A DNA stretch of 64,000 nucleotides from Nitrospirota bacterium (GTDB lineage: Bacteria > Nitrospirota > Thermodesulfovibrionia > Thermodesulfovibrionales > UBA1546): the NCBI GenBank assembly GCA_016195565.1, contig JACPZK010000032.1, positions 26,851-90,850 of the forward strand, in the 5' to 3' direction. This document shows, piece after piece, positions 8,457 to 18,194 of this stretch; position 1 is the first letter of the stretch, and each line of letters starts with the position of its first letter. Below the pieces are notes generated by a model. That model did not search any database, was not told the DNA's origin, and saw only the letters and a program-made list of their open reading frames with translations. The translations under genes were made by a program, and so were the position numbers.

Positions 8457-9959
8457 ATGAAATGCGCATTGATTATTCCGGCATGGGTTCCTGAAGATAT
8501 CTTTTCTTCAAAAACAGCAAGCTCGCAGATTAACTACTGGCAGCCGTTGGGAACGCTTTACGTTGCCGCTGTTCTTCAGAAAAAAAGTCATGAAGTAAAG
8601 TTTTTTAACGGAGCATTCATGACACATGAAGAAATACTCGGCGGGGTAAGGAAGTTTATGCCTGAATTCATAGGGATTTATTCAACCACTTTTGGCTGGG
8701 AAAAGGCAAAAAAAACGGCTTCGGATATTAGGCGGATAACCCCACCCATTCTCCCCTTAAATAAGGAGAGGAGTAAGGAGGGGTTACCCCGCCCCTACAT
8801 TGTCGCCGGAGGGCCGTATCCCATTGCTTTGCAGGAGCGCTGCCTTGAGGATGCAGGAGAATCTATTGATGCAATAGTCACAGGAGAGGGCGAGTTTACG
8901 AGTCTTGAAATAATTGAAAGGCTTCAGGCAGACAGGAGTCTTGAAGGCGTTCTCGGAGTTGTTTACAGAGGTGGTGAAAAGATTATAAAAAACCCTCCGC
9001 GGCCGTTAATTGAAGACCTTGATTCGCTGCCGTTTCCTGCAAGGGAGCTCTTAGGGGATATAAACCTGTATATTCCTCCGCCTGCCACATACAGAAGAAA
9101 GCCTGTTGCTGTTCTGATAACCTCAAGAGGGTGTAACAGAAGGTGCATTTATTGTTTCCAGATAGACAAGGAGCGCAAGACAGGCGTCAGATACAGAAGC
9201 GTTGGAAATGTTATGAAAGAGATTGAACACTGCATTAAGCAGGGGTTCAGGGAGATAAAGTTTATAGATGACACTCTGGCTGCTGACTACGAAAGGGCTA
9301 TGAAGCTGGCTGAAGAGATAAAACGCAGCGGACTTGATTTCACATGGTTTGCATCCGCATGCGTTAATCAGGTGGATAAGCCTCTGCTTAAGGCATTCAA
9401 GGAAGCTGGCTGCTGGGCCATACTCTTTGGCGCAGAAAGCGGCGTCCAGAAGAATCTTAATACAATCAGAAAAGGAATAACGCTGGAGCAGACACGGAAT
9501 GCCGTAAAATGGGCAAAAGAAGCAGGGATTAAGGTCAGCGCTCCTTTTATGTTCGGCATTCCCGGAGAGACTTTTGAGGAGGGGCTCCAGACTATTGAAT
9601 TTGCGATAGAGCTTAATCCTGACATAGCTAATTTCCATGCAATAACTCCGTTTCCGGGCACATACCTTTATGACAACCTTGAAAAATACGGGACAATGTC
9701 TGATGAGCTTTCAGATTTCACATATCAGGGAGCAGCATTTATCCCCCATACAATGACAAGGGAGGAGATTCTAAAACTCAGGCAGACAGCATTCAGGAGA
9801 TTTTATTCCAGGCCCTTCTTTATTCTAAAGAAACTTTTTGAATTAAGGAATCTGAACGATCTTCTCGCTGCGCTGAGAAGCCTAAAAAGCTTGTTCTATC
9901 TATGGACAAAAATCGGCTTGTTCAGCAGGGCAAAAGATAAGAGAGGCTGGTCTGAGTAG
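8457..9959 (+). CDS. B12-binding-domain radical SAM protein (class B)
   Basis: The start lies 2 nt after the upstream stop. It has an N-terminal cobalamin-binding-like domain and the cluster motif SRGCNRRCIYC (CX3CX2C). Size is 500 aa. Confidence 0.8.
   Translation: MKCALIIPAWVPEDIFSSKTASSQINYWQPLGTLYVAAVLQKKSHEVKFFNGAFMTHEEILGGVRKFMPEFIGIYSTTFGWEKAKKTASDIRRITPPILPLNKERSKEGLPRPYIVAGGPYPIALQERCLEDAGESIDAIVTGEGEFTSLEIIERLQADRSLEGVLGVVYRGGEKIIKNPPRPLIEDLDSLPFPARELLGDINLYIPPPATYRRKPVAVLITSRGCNRRCIYCFQIDKERKTGVRYRSVGNVMKEIEHCIKQGFREIKFIDDTLAADYERAMKLAEEIKRSGLDFTWFASACVNQVDKPLLKAFKEAGCWAILFGAESGVQKNLNTIRKGITLEQTRNAVKWAKEAGIKVSAPFMFGIPGETFEEGLQTIEFAIELNPDIANFHAITPFPGTYLYDNLEKYGTMSDELSDFTYQGAAFIPHTMTREEILKLRQTAFRRFYSRPFFILKKLFELRNLNDLLAALRSLKSLFYLWTKIGLFSRAKDKRGWSE
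8737..8786. repeat. imperfect palindromic insertion inside the radical SAM CDS
   Basis: TAACCCC...CTCCCCTTA-AA-TAAGGAGAG...GGGGTTA. It encodes ITPPILPLNKERSKEGLP in frame. Confidence 0.5.
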
Positions 9960-9996
9960 TGGTTTTAGGTTTAGTAATTCACGGCGCAAAAGTGAG

Positions 9997-10078
9997 TAGA
10001 TTGCTTCAGAATAAGGCTCTTCGCAATGACAAATTACGAAAGCTTATTTTGTCATTGCGAGCGGAGCGAAGCAATCTC
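9997..10078. repeat. MITE-like nested palindrome (GTCATTGCGAG family)
   Basis: AGATTGCTTC...CTCTTCGCAATGACA-loop-TGTCATTGCGAGCGGAGCGAAGCAATCT. Both arm pairs are reverse complements. Confidence 0.7.
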
Positions 10079-10110
10079 AAGGGTTTTCAATTTCGAATTG
10101 CTGTTTCAAG

Positions 10111-10139
10111 TTGACAGACACAGAGTGAAATGGTAATAT
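10111..10139 (+). promoter_or_regulatory. sigma70-type promoter candidate
   Basis: TTGACA (10111-10116), a 17-nt spacer, then TAATAT (10134-10139). The ATG at 10149 follows only 10 nt after the -10 box, so the 5' UTR would be very short or absent. Confidence 0.45.
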
Positions 10140-10148
10140 TTGGTCAGG

Positions 10149-10877
10149 ATGATAATTCTGAAGACATTGGCGATTTTATTCTTAATCTGCGGTGTTGCAG
10201 AAGCCGGCATATACAAGTATGTCGGAGAAGACGGAGTTGTTCTTTACACAGATGTCCCGCAGGGTAAAAAGCCAGCGAAGGTTATAAAAACAAAAGAGAA
10301 GAACAATAAGGCGGTTTCATCTAATAGTAAACCTGTCAATGTTGCATATGCCTCAACTACACATAACGAGAGTTACCACCCCATAATTAACCAAAAAGCA
10401 AAAGAGAATGAGGTAGACCCTTTTCTTGTCAGCGCTGTTATAAAAGCGGAATCAAACGGCAATCCTAATGCTGTTTCAAGAAAGGGAGCAATGGGGCTTA
10501 TGCAGTTGATGCCGGGAACCGCAAATGACCTTCAGGTGAAAAATCCGTTTGACCCGGAAGAAAACATAGACGGAGGAACAAGATACCTCAGATACCTCAT
10601 CGAAAGATTTAACGGCAACTTAACCCTTGCGCTTGCAGCGTATAATGCAGGGCCAAAGACTGTTGAAAAGCACGGCTCTGTTCCTCCCATTGCAGAGACA
10701 AAACAGTATGTAAGAAAAGTGCTTGCCCTGTATAAGGGAAAAACTGACATCTCTTTTTCAGGTTCGAATAAGATGAAAAAGTCGGAGCCTATCTATAAGA
10801 TAATAATGGACGATGGAACAGTCCTCTTCACAAATTTCCCTCTTTACAATAACAAAGCCAATTCAGTCAGGTTTTAG
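10149..10877 (+). CDS. lytic transglycosylase (SLT domain) with N-terminal DUF4124-like region
   Basis: A signal peptide ([10 protein letters not shown]), [17 protein letters not shown], and the SLT catalytic region [26 protein letters not shown] ... AAYNAGP. Confidence 0.8.
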   Translation: MIILKTLAILFLICGVAEAGIYKYVGEDGVVLYTDVPQGKKPAKVIKTKEKNNKAVSSNSKPVNVAYASTTHNESYHPIINQKAKENEVDPFLVSAVIKAESNGNPNAVSRKGAMGLMQLMPGTANDLQVKNPFDPEENIDGGTRYLRYLIERFNGNLTLALAAYNAGPKTVEKHGSVPPIAETKQYVRKVLALYKGKTDISFSGSNKMKKSEPIYKIIMDDGTVLFTNFPLYNNKANSVRF

Positions 10878-11864
10878 ATGTCTGTAGAAAATCTCGCTCT
10901 TCAAGAAGAAATTCTGAAGCTGAAAGAACAGAGGCGCGCATTAATCCTCTCTCACAACTATCAGAGGGATGAAGTGCAGGACATAGCTGATTTCGTGGGA
11001 GATTCGCTCGAATTGTCGAGGACTGCCTCCACAATTAAATGCGATGTAATAGTCTTTGCCGGAGTTAATTTCATGGCTGAGAGCGCCTCAATCCTTTCGC
11101 CTGAAAAGACGGTTCTGCTTACAGAGCTTGATGCATGCTGCCCGATGGCAGATATGATAAGAGTTGATTCTGCGAGGCCTGTGAGAAGAAGCTTCCCCGG
11201 ATTTGATAATCCGTCGCCTTATGTTTATCCTCCTGAATTCACCCTCCGTGATATCAAAGCGCAGAATCCCGGTGTTCCTGTTGTTGCGTATGTGAATACA
11301 ACCGCGGACGTGAAGGCAGAAAGCGATATATGCTGCACATCTGCAAATGTCGTGAAGGTGATAGAATCCCTTCCATCAGATAAGGTGATATGCATACCTG
11401 ACAAAAATCTCTCCATGTGGGCAGCGAGGAATACAAAAAAGCAGGTGATTGCATGGGATGGTTTCTGTCATGTTCATGAGAGGGTAACGCCGGAAGATGT
11501 TAAGAAGGCGAGGACAGAGCATCCCAATGCTGTTTTAATGGCGCATCCTGAATGCAGGATTGAGGTGCTTGATAGGGCTGACCATGTTACAAGCACATCA
11601 GGAATGCTCAGATTTGCAGCGTCATCTTCTGCAAAGGAATTTATTGCAGGGACAGAGATCGGCCTTCTGTATCGGCTGAGAAAGGAAAATCCCGATAAGG
11701 TGTTTTACCCTTTAAGAAAAGACATGATATGTCCGAACATGAAAAAGACAACGCTTAAGAGCGTTCTCAGGGCATTAAAGGAGAACAACTACATAATCAA
11801 AGTTCCGGACCATATCAGGATACCTGCGAAAAGGGCTCTTGACAGGATGCTGGCAATCAAATAG
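10878..11864 (+). CDS. nadA: quinolinate synthase
   Basis: ATG abuts the upstream TAG. Motifs ILSHNYQRDEVQDIADFVGDSLELS, AYVNTTADVKA and MAHPEC are NadA-typical. A loop insertion of about 25 aa is present relative to short NadA proteins. Confidence 0.85.
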   Translation: MSVENLALQEEILKLKEQRRALILSHNYQRDEVQDIADFVGDSLELSRTASTIKCDVIVFAGVNFMAESASILSPEKTVLLTELDACCPMADMIRVDSARPVRRSFPGFDNPSPYVYPPEFTLRDIKAQNPGVPVVAYVNTTADVKAESDICCTSANVVKVIESLPSDKVICIPDKNLSMWAARNTKKQVIAWDGFCHVHERVTPEDVKKARTEHPNAVLMAHPECRIEVLDRADHVTSTSGMLRFAASSSAKEFIAGTEIGLLYRLRKENPDKVFYPLRKDMICPNMKKTTLKSVLRALKENNYIIKVPDHIRIPAKRALDRMLAIK

Positions 11865-12083
11865 GGCTATTCCTTTATCTCAACAATCATTCCGAAGATA
11901 CAGTTTCTGCTCTGAAATTTTTACGACAATGGAATATTCATGGGCAAGAGAGGGGGAGGGGAAATTTGCAAATGCAAGCAAAAATACAGAGAAGAACAAT
12001 AATCTTTCTGACAGTCTTTTCATGATTTTAGAAAGTGTATTTTTCAGACTTGGCCAAAATTATTTTTGCTTTTTTTAGTTCAA

Positions 12084-12398
12084 TCAATTTTTTCTCTGTT
12101 CCTTTTCCCATAAACTTTTCAAATTTCTCCTGCCATGGATAAGTCCCAATACAACAATTCTTGATTTCTCAATAGTGTATATGAGGCGATATTCTTTAAT
12201 AAGAAGCTCGCGGATATTGGGATTGGATAATTCTGGGACAATCCGTCCCCGTTCAGCAAACATATAAAGAGAACGGCTTGCAGTTAAGATTTCTTCGACG
12301 AATGAGGCAGCATAAAAGGTTGAATCCCTTGCAATATATTCAGCAACGGCATTAAGGTCAGCAGCAGCTTCAAAAGACCAGATTACTTTGTAAGCCAT
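12084..12398 (-). CDS. type II toxin, RelE/ParE family
   Basis: 104 aa. Motifs KVIWSFEAAADLNAVAEYIARDS ... YRLIYTIEKSRIVVLGLIHGRR are ParE-typical. It overlaps the upstream small ORF by 16 nt. Confidence 0.8.
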   Translation of the reverse strand: MAYKVIWSFEAAADLNAVAEYIARDSTFYAASFVEEILTASRSLYMFAERGRIVPELSNPNIRELLIKEYRLIYTIEKSRIVVLGLIHGRRNLKSLWEKEQRKN

Positions 12399-12571
12399 TT
12401 TGACATCATCTTTTCAACTTCTTCCTGCGAATAAACCCGTCCTTCAGCAGAGTCCTTTAACCCGCGCTCAATTTTCTGAAGCACATATAGATGATACTGA
12501 ATATCTTCAAAGGAACAATCATCCGGCAGACGATTGAGAAGGCTGTTAACTTCTTGTTTTACTGACGGCAT
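12383..12571 (-). CDS. putative antitoxin partner of the ParE-like toxin
   Basis: 62 aa, with GGAGG-like GGGAGGTAAGG upstream. The call rests on position and overlap with the toxin gene. Confidence 0.55.
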   Translation of the reverse strand: MPSVKQEVNSLLNRLPDDCSFEDIQYHLYVLQKIERGLKDSAEGRVYSQEEVEKMMSKWLTK

Positions 12572-12630
12572 CCTTACCTCCCTGTTGTTTTATTTAATTC
12601 AATTATACACAATTTGCCGTAATCCAGCCT

Positions 12631-12676
12631 AACAGAAAAACAGAGAGGCAAGGCTCTTAAAAACCTTGCCTCTCTG
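12631..12676 (-). terminator. rho-independent terminator (minus strand) after the SIMPL-like gene
   Basis: A 13-bp perfect stem (CAGAGAGGCAAGG / CCTTGCCTCTCTG) followed on the minus strand by TTTTTCTGTT. Confidence 0.7.
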
Positions 12677-12706
12677 ACCTTGTCATCTGCCGTCGCGGAT
12701 TCCGTT

Positions 12707-13403
12707 TTAACTGGGCATTAACTCAAAAGCGACTCTATATTTCAGATAAACTATCCTTTCATTACCTTTCAACTCAATATTAATGTCATCATCCGAGGCA
12801 ACTCTCGAAGGAGCATAACATGTAAACCCAGAAATAGTTTCCCAATCTCTATCTCCATAGTTACCAGAGCCCCTGGATTCTTTTGCAAATTCCTGAATCT
12901 CCAATGGCTCCCCGACTTTCATACCCAGACTGGCGGCTAAATTCTTTGCTTTTTCAAGCGCATTTTTGCAAGCTGACTCTCTTGCTTTCAGAACATCCTT
13001 ATCTTTTACTTTAAAAATTGGTTTTCTCTCGTCAATCTGGATTGATATTCTCTTGTCCTTCTTGTTTAACCACTCTGCTCTTTCTAAAGCCTTATATGCT
13101 ATCTGTCCTGATGGTTACCTTATGAGAAACATTAATCCCCTTTTTATTCTTTCTGCTCCTTTCCCACCATGGAGTATAAGCGCCTGTGCCAGCGTAAAAC
13201 AGTTGTTTTTCAGGTATGCCTTCAGCAATAAGGAATTTAATTAGCTTATTCTTGTAATCGCCTGATTTAGCTAATACGGCATCGTCTTTTTTGGCAGCCT
13301 GAATATTGAGTATAATGTCAATAAACCATGTTTCAGGATACTCAAAATAATACGACTCCCCGACAACTTCAACGTAATTCTTAGGCACGTTCATTCCCTC
13401 CAT
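12707..13403 (-). pseudogene. SIMPL (DUF541) domain protein interrupted by a 1-nt frameshift near 13092-13117
   Basis: ORF 13403..13092 ends at ...HKVTIRTDSI*. The adjacent frame is open from 13114 and reads ...IAYKALERAEWLNKKDKRISIQIDERKPIFKVKDKDVLKARESACKNALEKAKNLAASLGMKVGEPLEIQEF.... Joined, the two give a SIMPL-like protein of about 235 aa. Confidence 0.55.
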
Positions 13404-13509
13404 GTGTTTTTAAATCAATCCGCAAATGCGGAATACATACACCAATCTCATTATAATTCTGCTCGATTCCCAAACATTTTTAGTTTTTGAACCTATGTGC
13501 ATATTCATT

Positions 13510-14001
13510 TTAAACTCTCCTTTCACTATCTGAGCCTGATTCTGGAAACTTTTCTAGTTTTTTGATTAATTCCTTAATTTCCTCTTTTGTTTTTCCCTTT
13601 AACAATAGAAGAATTTCTTCTTCTTGTTGTTTCTTAGACAGCGATTCCCATCTTGCATTTTCCTTAAGCTTTAAAACAGTCACCTGCCAAGACTTCATTT
13701 CGATATTATCATCCAGGTCGGAATCTACATACTCATTTAAGATATTACTCCAATAATCTATAATGTCATATGGGCAATCAATTGGACTTGCCATTATTTT
13801 ATTTATTTCTAAAGCGATGCGTTTCTTTAGAGTCAAAAGGCAGTTCGTTACTATTCTCTTATTTTGTTCATCATAATTGCCATTTTTAATATCATCTATA
13901 TGCGAAAGAAACTCAGTAAGATAACTTAACCCATTTAGAGTGATGCTACGCTCCTCAAACTTGCCTAACAAATAGTGTATCCGATCTATCTCGGTTGGCA
14001 T
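13510..14001 (-). CDS. hypothetical protein (163 aa), last gene of a three-gene module
   Basis: An ORF with a GGAG-type RBS (AGGAGAATGAAATG), 9 nt downstream of the preceding gene. I recognised no motif. Confidence 0.4.
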   Translation of the reverse strand: MPTEIDRIHYLLGKFEERSITLNGLSYLTEFLSHIDDIKNGNYDEQNKRIVTNCLLTLKKRIALEINKIMASPIDCPYDIIDYWSNILNEYVDSDLDDNIEMKSWQVTVLKLKENARWESLSKKQQEEEILLLLKGKTKEEIKELIKKLEKFPESGSDSERRV

Positions 14002-14010
14002 TTCATTCTC

Positions 14011-14271
14011 CTATCGTGTTTTATGATAAGTTGTTATTATTTCGTTATCTTCTTCGTCTATAATTATTGCTTTCCCCGCAAGCCTATCAAGACTTTGAAT
14101 GCATTTTTTCAAAGTTTCAACCGCTTTTTGTTTATCCTTTCTCGATATGAAATATTCGCAAACACCTCCTGGCCGAATAACTTTAGTGCCTAACGACTTT
14201 ATTATCTCAATGCTTACCTCTTTTATTCCTCTCTGCCTACAGCGTACCAAGCAATGATGGGTTAGATTCAC
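14011..14271 (-). CDS. DUF4258-like small protein (putative toxin)
   Basis: I prefer the GTG start at 14271, which has AAGGAGGG upstream, over the overlapping ATG at 14325. LTHHCLVRCRQRGI ... EIITTYHKT resembles the DUF4258 H..R..eRgI ... viTvY pattern. Confidence 0.4.
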   Translation of the reverse strand: MNLTHHCLVRCRQRGIKEVSIEIIKSLGTKVIRPGGVCEYFISRKDKQKAVETLKKCIQSLDRLAGKAIIIDEEDNEIITTYHKTR

Positions 14272-14287
14272 TTGCCCTCCTTTTTTC

Positions 14288-14869
14288 TTATGGGTTAATC
14301 GGCGTTCCTTCAGATAAAAATTCATTTATATCCTCTGAAATTTCCATAATGTGATGTGTAATTACATAAAATCTGGACACGACTGGATCATTGCGTCCTA
14401 ATTTCTCGATAAGCTTTTTCTCTACTTCGTCTGCATGCTCAGCTAATGGATTGATAAGTTCATTCAGAGCTTCGAGATACTTTTCTTTTTTTCTTGTAGT
14501 TTCGCTATCCGCAATAAGTAAAAGAAGTCGGACAATTGTGTCTATGAACTGGTCTCGTGGAATTCTATTCTTCTTTGCAAGTTCGGTTATTTTTGACAGT
14601 GTATTCTTTCTAATAATATATGTCTTGCGCATTGTCTCGCCTTCCTTTGGAAAGCTTTCTATCTTTTCTTCTATCATTTCATAAGCTTTAATAGTCATAT
14701 CAAAAATATCAGCTATTTTCTCGCCCTGCAATTTAGATAACTTTTTAATTGCCTCGTGTCCCCTTCTGCTAAGCCTAAGTGTTGTACGCGATAATTGTTG
14801 TTTTTCCGGAAACTTAAACTCTTTAAATTTTTCTACTGTCTTGCCTATTAATTCTTCGTCTGTTTTCAT
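14288..14869 (-). CDS. hypothetical protein with two ribbon-helix-helix-like segments (putative antitoxin/regulator)
   Basis: GGAGG RBS. The segments TTLRLSRRGHEAIKKLSKLQGEKIADIF and KTYIIRKNTLSKITELAKKNRIPRDQFIDTIV look like CopG/RHH beta-strand plus helix units. Confidence 0.4.
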   Translation of the reverse strand: MKTDEELIGKTVEKFKEFKFPEKQQLSRTTLRLSRRGHEAIKKLSKLQGEKIADIFDMTIKAYEMIEEKIESFPKEGETMRKTYIIRKNTLSKITELAKKNRIPRDQFIDTIVRLLLLIADSETTRKKEKYLEALNELINPLAEHADEVEKKLIEKLGRNDPVVSRFYVITHHIMEISEDINEFLSEGTPINP

Positions 14870-15224
14870 AAATCCTCCAATTTTTGATGATTATACAGTA
14901 CCATATAATTAATAGTATGTCAAGCAATTTTTATAACCTGATGATAAATTATCTTCTTATTAAATATAATCATCTTTACGAATAAAAGCTATTGATTTTA
15001 AAAGATATTGAAGACATGTCGATTACCTGTAGGAAGAAAATGGCAGAGGGAGAAAAAATAGAATCAAGGCAAAATTAGGCAGAAAAATTGTAGACGCAAT
15101 GCGGATATTCCGATTCTGGCTGACTGTCATCATTAAACAAAAAAGGGCACAGACTTTTTCGTCCATACCCCTTTGAATTCATTTGAATCCTTATCCTCCT
15201 TTAAAGGACAGGAAATATTTAACT

Positions 15225-17894
15225 TTAAACCGTTGATTTGCTCAGGTCTTTGCCGCCCATTTTCTCCTTCAATGCTGCCTGTGCTCCTGCGAGCCTTGCA
15301 ATAGGAACCCTGTATGGCGAGCAGCTTACGTAATTTAAGCCGATCTTGTGACAGAACTCAACAGACCTTGGGTCGCCGCCGTGTTCACCGCAGATTCCCA
15401 TCTTAAGGTCTTTTTTTACCTTCCTGCCTTTTTCTATGGCTATCTTCATCATGAGCCCTGTTCCGCCCTCGTCAAGGGTGATGAACGGGTCATCTTCAAG
15501 TATTCCCTTTTCAACGTAAAAGGGCAGGAATCTTCCTGCATCATCCCTTGAAAGGCCGAATGTCGTCTGCGTGAGGTCATTTGTGCCGAATGAGAAGAAG
15601 TCTGCCTGCGTTGCAATCTCATCCGCTGTTATTGCAGCCCTTGGAAGCTCTATCATTGTCCCTACGGTGTAATTAACCTTTATCTTATATTTTTTCTGAA
15701 CCTCATCTGCTGTTTTGATGACGAGTTCTCTCATCATCTTAAGCTCATTCACGTGGCCCACCAATGGTATCATTATCTCAGGAATTACCTTAATCTTCTG
15801 CTTTGCAAGCTCACATGCAGCCTCCATTATCGCCTGTGCCTGCATTGCGTATATCTCAGGGTAGGTTATGCCGAGCCTGCATCCTCTGTGCCCGAGCATC
15901 GGATTGAACTCATGCAATACCTTGTTTCTGGATTTAAGCTTGTCAACAGGGACTTCCATCTGGTGCGCAAGTGTTTTGAGTTCTTCATCAGTATGCGGAA
16001 GGAATTCATGCAGGGGAGGGTCAAGAAGCCTTATTGTGACAGGGAGCCCTTTCATTGCCTTGAATATGCCTTTGAAGTCTCCTTTCTGCATCGGAAGGAG
16101 TTTGGCAAGCGCTGCCTGTCTTCCCTCTGTGTCATCCGCAAGTATCATCTCCCTGACTGCGATTATCCTTTCAGGCTCAAAGAACATGTGCTCTGTCCTG
16201 CAAAGCCCGATTCCCTGCGCTCCGAAATCTCTTGCGACTGCTGCATCGTGAGGGGTGTCTGCATTTGTCCGAACCCCGATCTTTCTGAATCCATCCGCCC
16301 ATTTCATGAATATGCCGAAATCGCCTGTGAGCTCCGGCGTTATAAGCGGAGCCTCGCCAAGAATAACCTCGCCTGTTGTGCCGTTAAGTGTGAGATAGTC
16401 TCCCTCTTTAATGTTGACTGTGTTAACAGTGAAATATCTCTGGCTCTCGTTTATGTTTATCGCGCCGCAGCCTGCAACGCAGCATTTGCCCATTCCCCTT
16501 GCCACAACAGCGGCATGTGATGTCATTCCGCCCCTTGCCGTTAGAATGCCCTGCGCAGCATGCATTCCGCCGATATCCTCAGGAGACGTCTCCTGCCTTA
16601 CAAGGATTACTTTTTCGCCTCGTTCAGCGGCTTTCTCTGCTTCGTCTGCTGTAAAGACTACCTTGCCGACCGCAGCGCCGGGTGAAGCTGGAAGCCCTTT
16701 TGCTATTACGCTGATTTTTGCTTTCGGATCTATCATCGGATGGAGAAGCTGGTCAATCTGCTGTGGGTCTATTCTTAATATCGCTGTCTTTTTGTCTATC
16801 AGCCCCTCTTTTACCATATCAATGGCTATTTTTAAGGCTGATGCGGCTGTCCTTTTTCCGACCCTTGTCTGAAGCATATAGAGTTTTCCTTCCTGAACAG
16901 TAAACTCTATATCAAGCATGTCTTTATAGTGCTTTTCCAGTTTCTTATAAATCCTGTCGAGTTCATTGTATGCCTTTGGAAGCTTTTTCTTCAGCTCGTT
17001 AATGTGGAGCGGGGTTCTGATTCCTGCAACAACATCTTCGCCCTGCGCATTGATAAGGCATTCAGCAAAGAACCTTTTCTGTCCTGTGGAGGGGTCTCTT
17101 GTAAAACCAACGCCTGTGCCTGAGTTTTCTCCCATATTCCCGAAGACCATTGCCTGCACATTGCACGCGGTGCCTAAGTTTTCAGGTATGTTGTTAAGTT
17201 TTCTGTATTTCACAGCCCTGTCTCCGAACCATGAGCTGAACACCGCATTTATAGCCTTTTTAAGTTGCTCGTGAGGGTCGGAAGGGAAGTTTTCTCCGGT
17301 GCTGCGCTTATATATAACCTTGAATTCATCCACAACGCCTTTAAGGTCCGCGGCAGTAAGGTCAGTATCAAGATGTACGCCCTTTCTTTCTTTTATCTCT
17401 TCAAGGGCTCTTTCAAATTTCTGCCTGTCAACGCCCATAACAATGCTTCCGAACATTGTTATAAACCTTCTGTACGCATCATAGGCGAATCTGTCATTCT
17501 TTGTCTTTTTTATAATCGCCTTGATGGTTGTCTCATTAAGCCCAAGGTTCAATACAGTGTCCATCATGCCGGGCATTGAGAATTTAGCTCCTGAACGAAC
17601 TGAAACGAGCAGGGGGTTGGTATGGTCGCCAAATTTCATGCCCATCACCTTTTCTATTTTTTTCAGATTTGCAAGAACCTGCTCCCACATTCCTAATGGG
17701 TGTTTTTTCTTGCTTTTAAAGTATTCGTTGCATGCTTCTGTGGTAATCGTAAACCCGGCAGGAACAGGCACTCTGAGGTTAGTCATCTCGGCAAGCCCTG
17801 CGCCTTTGCCTCCGAGAAGATCCTTCATATCGCCTCTTCCATCCGCTTTTCCATTACCGAAAAAGTAAACGTATTTTTTAGCTGTCTTTGACAT
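15225..17894 (-). CDS. ppdK: pyruvate, phosphate dikinase
   Basis: 889 aa. Motifs KYVYFFGNGKADG, GGKGAGLAEM, the phosphohistidine region GGMTSHAAVVARGMG and the C-terminal GICGEHGGDP are all diagnostic. Confidence 0.95.
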   Translation of the reverse strand: MSKTAKKYVYFFGNGKADGRGDMKDLLGGKGAGLAEMTNLRVPVPAGFTITTEACNEYFKSKKKHPLGMWEQVLANLKKIEKVMGMKFGDHTNPLLVSVRSGAKFSMPGMMDTVLNLGLNETTIKAIIKKTKNDRFAYDAYRRFITMFGSIVMGVDRQKFERALEEIKERKGVHLDTDLTAADLKGVVDEFKVIYKRSTGENFPSDPHEQLKKAINAVFSSWFGDRAVKYRKLNNIPENLGTACNVQAMVFGNMGENSGTGVGFTRDPSTGQKRFFAECLINAQGEDVVAGIRTPLHINELKKKLPKAYNELDRIYKKLEKHYKDMLDIEFTVQEGKLYMLQTRVGKRTAASALKIAIDMVKEGLIDKKTAILRIDPQQIDQLLHPMIDPKAKISVIAKGLPASPGAAVGKVVFTADEAEKAAERGEKVILVRQETSPEDIGGMHAAQGILTARGGMTSHAAVVARGMGKCCVAGCGAININESQRYFTVNTVNIKEGDYLTLNGTTGEVILGEAPLITPELTGDFGIFMKWADGFRKIGVRTNADTPHDAAVARDFGAQGIGLCRTEHMFFEPERIIAVREMILADDTEGRQAALAKLLPMQKGDFKGIFKAMKGLPVTIRLLDPPLHEFLPHTDEELKTLAHQMEVPVDKLKSRNKVLHEFNPMLGHRGCRLGITYPEIYAMQAQAIMEAACELAKQKIKVIPEIMIPLVGHVNELKMMRELVIKTADEVQKKYKIKVNYTVGTMIELPRAAITADEIATQADFFSFGTNDLTQTTFGLSRDDAGRFLPFYVEKGILEDDPFITLDEGGTGLMMKIAIEKGRKVKKDLKMGICGEHGGDPRSVEFCHKIGLNYVSCSPYRVPIARLAGAQAALKEKMGGKDLSKSTV

Positions 17895-18194
17895 TCAAAT
17901 ATCCTCCAAGCATTAAGGATTTAGTTTTGGACTAATAAAATACCTTACAAAGACATAAAATTTCAATAGATTTCTGAGTTTTTTGATAAAAAAGCAGGCA
18001 AAGCCGGTAAAGCCCGGGCTTTTTAATACGCATAAACGATAGAAAATGTGCGGTAAATATTTAAAGTAAAACTTAATATTTATGTTGGTAACTATTTTAT
18101 TAATAAAGATAATATTTAATTGCCAAGGATGCCGGAAGGTTTTGTATCTTCATTAATAAAAAGGCGATGAAGATTGATATGTTATAATACGCAA

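Noticed and set aside
11150-11260. ~25-aa extra loop in NadA considered as another repeat-element insertion
   Set aside because: No palindrome or heptamer periodicity is visible in the DNA apart from a trivial CGGAT...ATCCG. It may be a lineage-specific loop.
11839-12078. 79-aa plus-strand ORF in the nadA-parE spacer
   Set aside because: It starts inside the nadA 3' end, has no RBS and no recognisable motif, and its sequence is low complexity. It is probably non-coding spacer.
15348-17891. Series of plus-strand ORFs (60-255 aa) across the ppdK region
   Set aside because: All lie antisense to a full-length, strongly recognisable pyruvate phosphate dikinase gene. They have low-complexity, Cys/Ser/Leu-rich translations and no RBS, so they are shadow ORFs.
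17985-18030. AAAGCCCGGGCTTTTT palindrome as a terminator
   Set aside because: The stem is very short with no loop, and it lies in the divergent promoter region between ppdK and dedA, where no upstream gene needs terminating.
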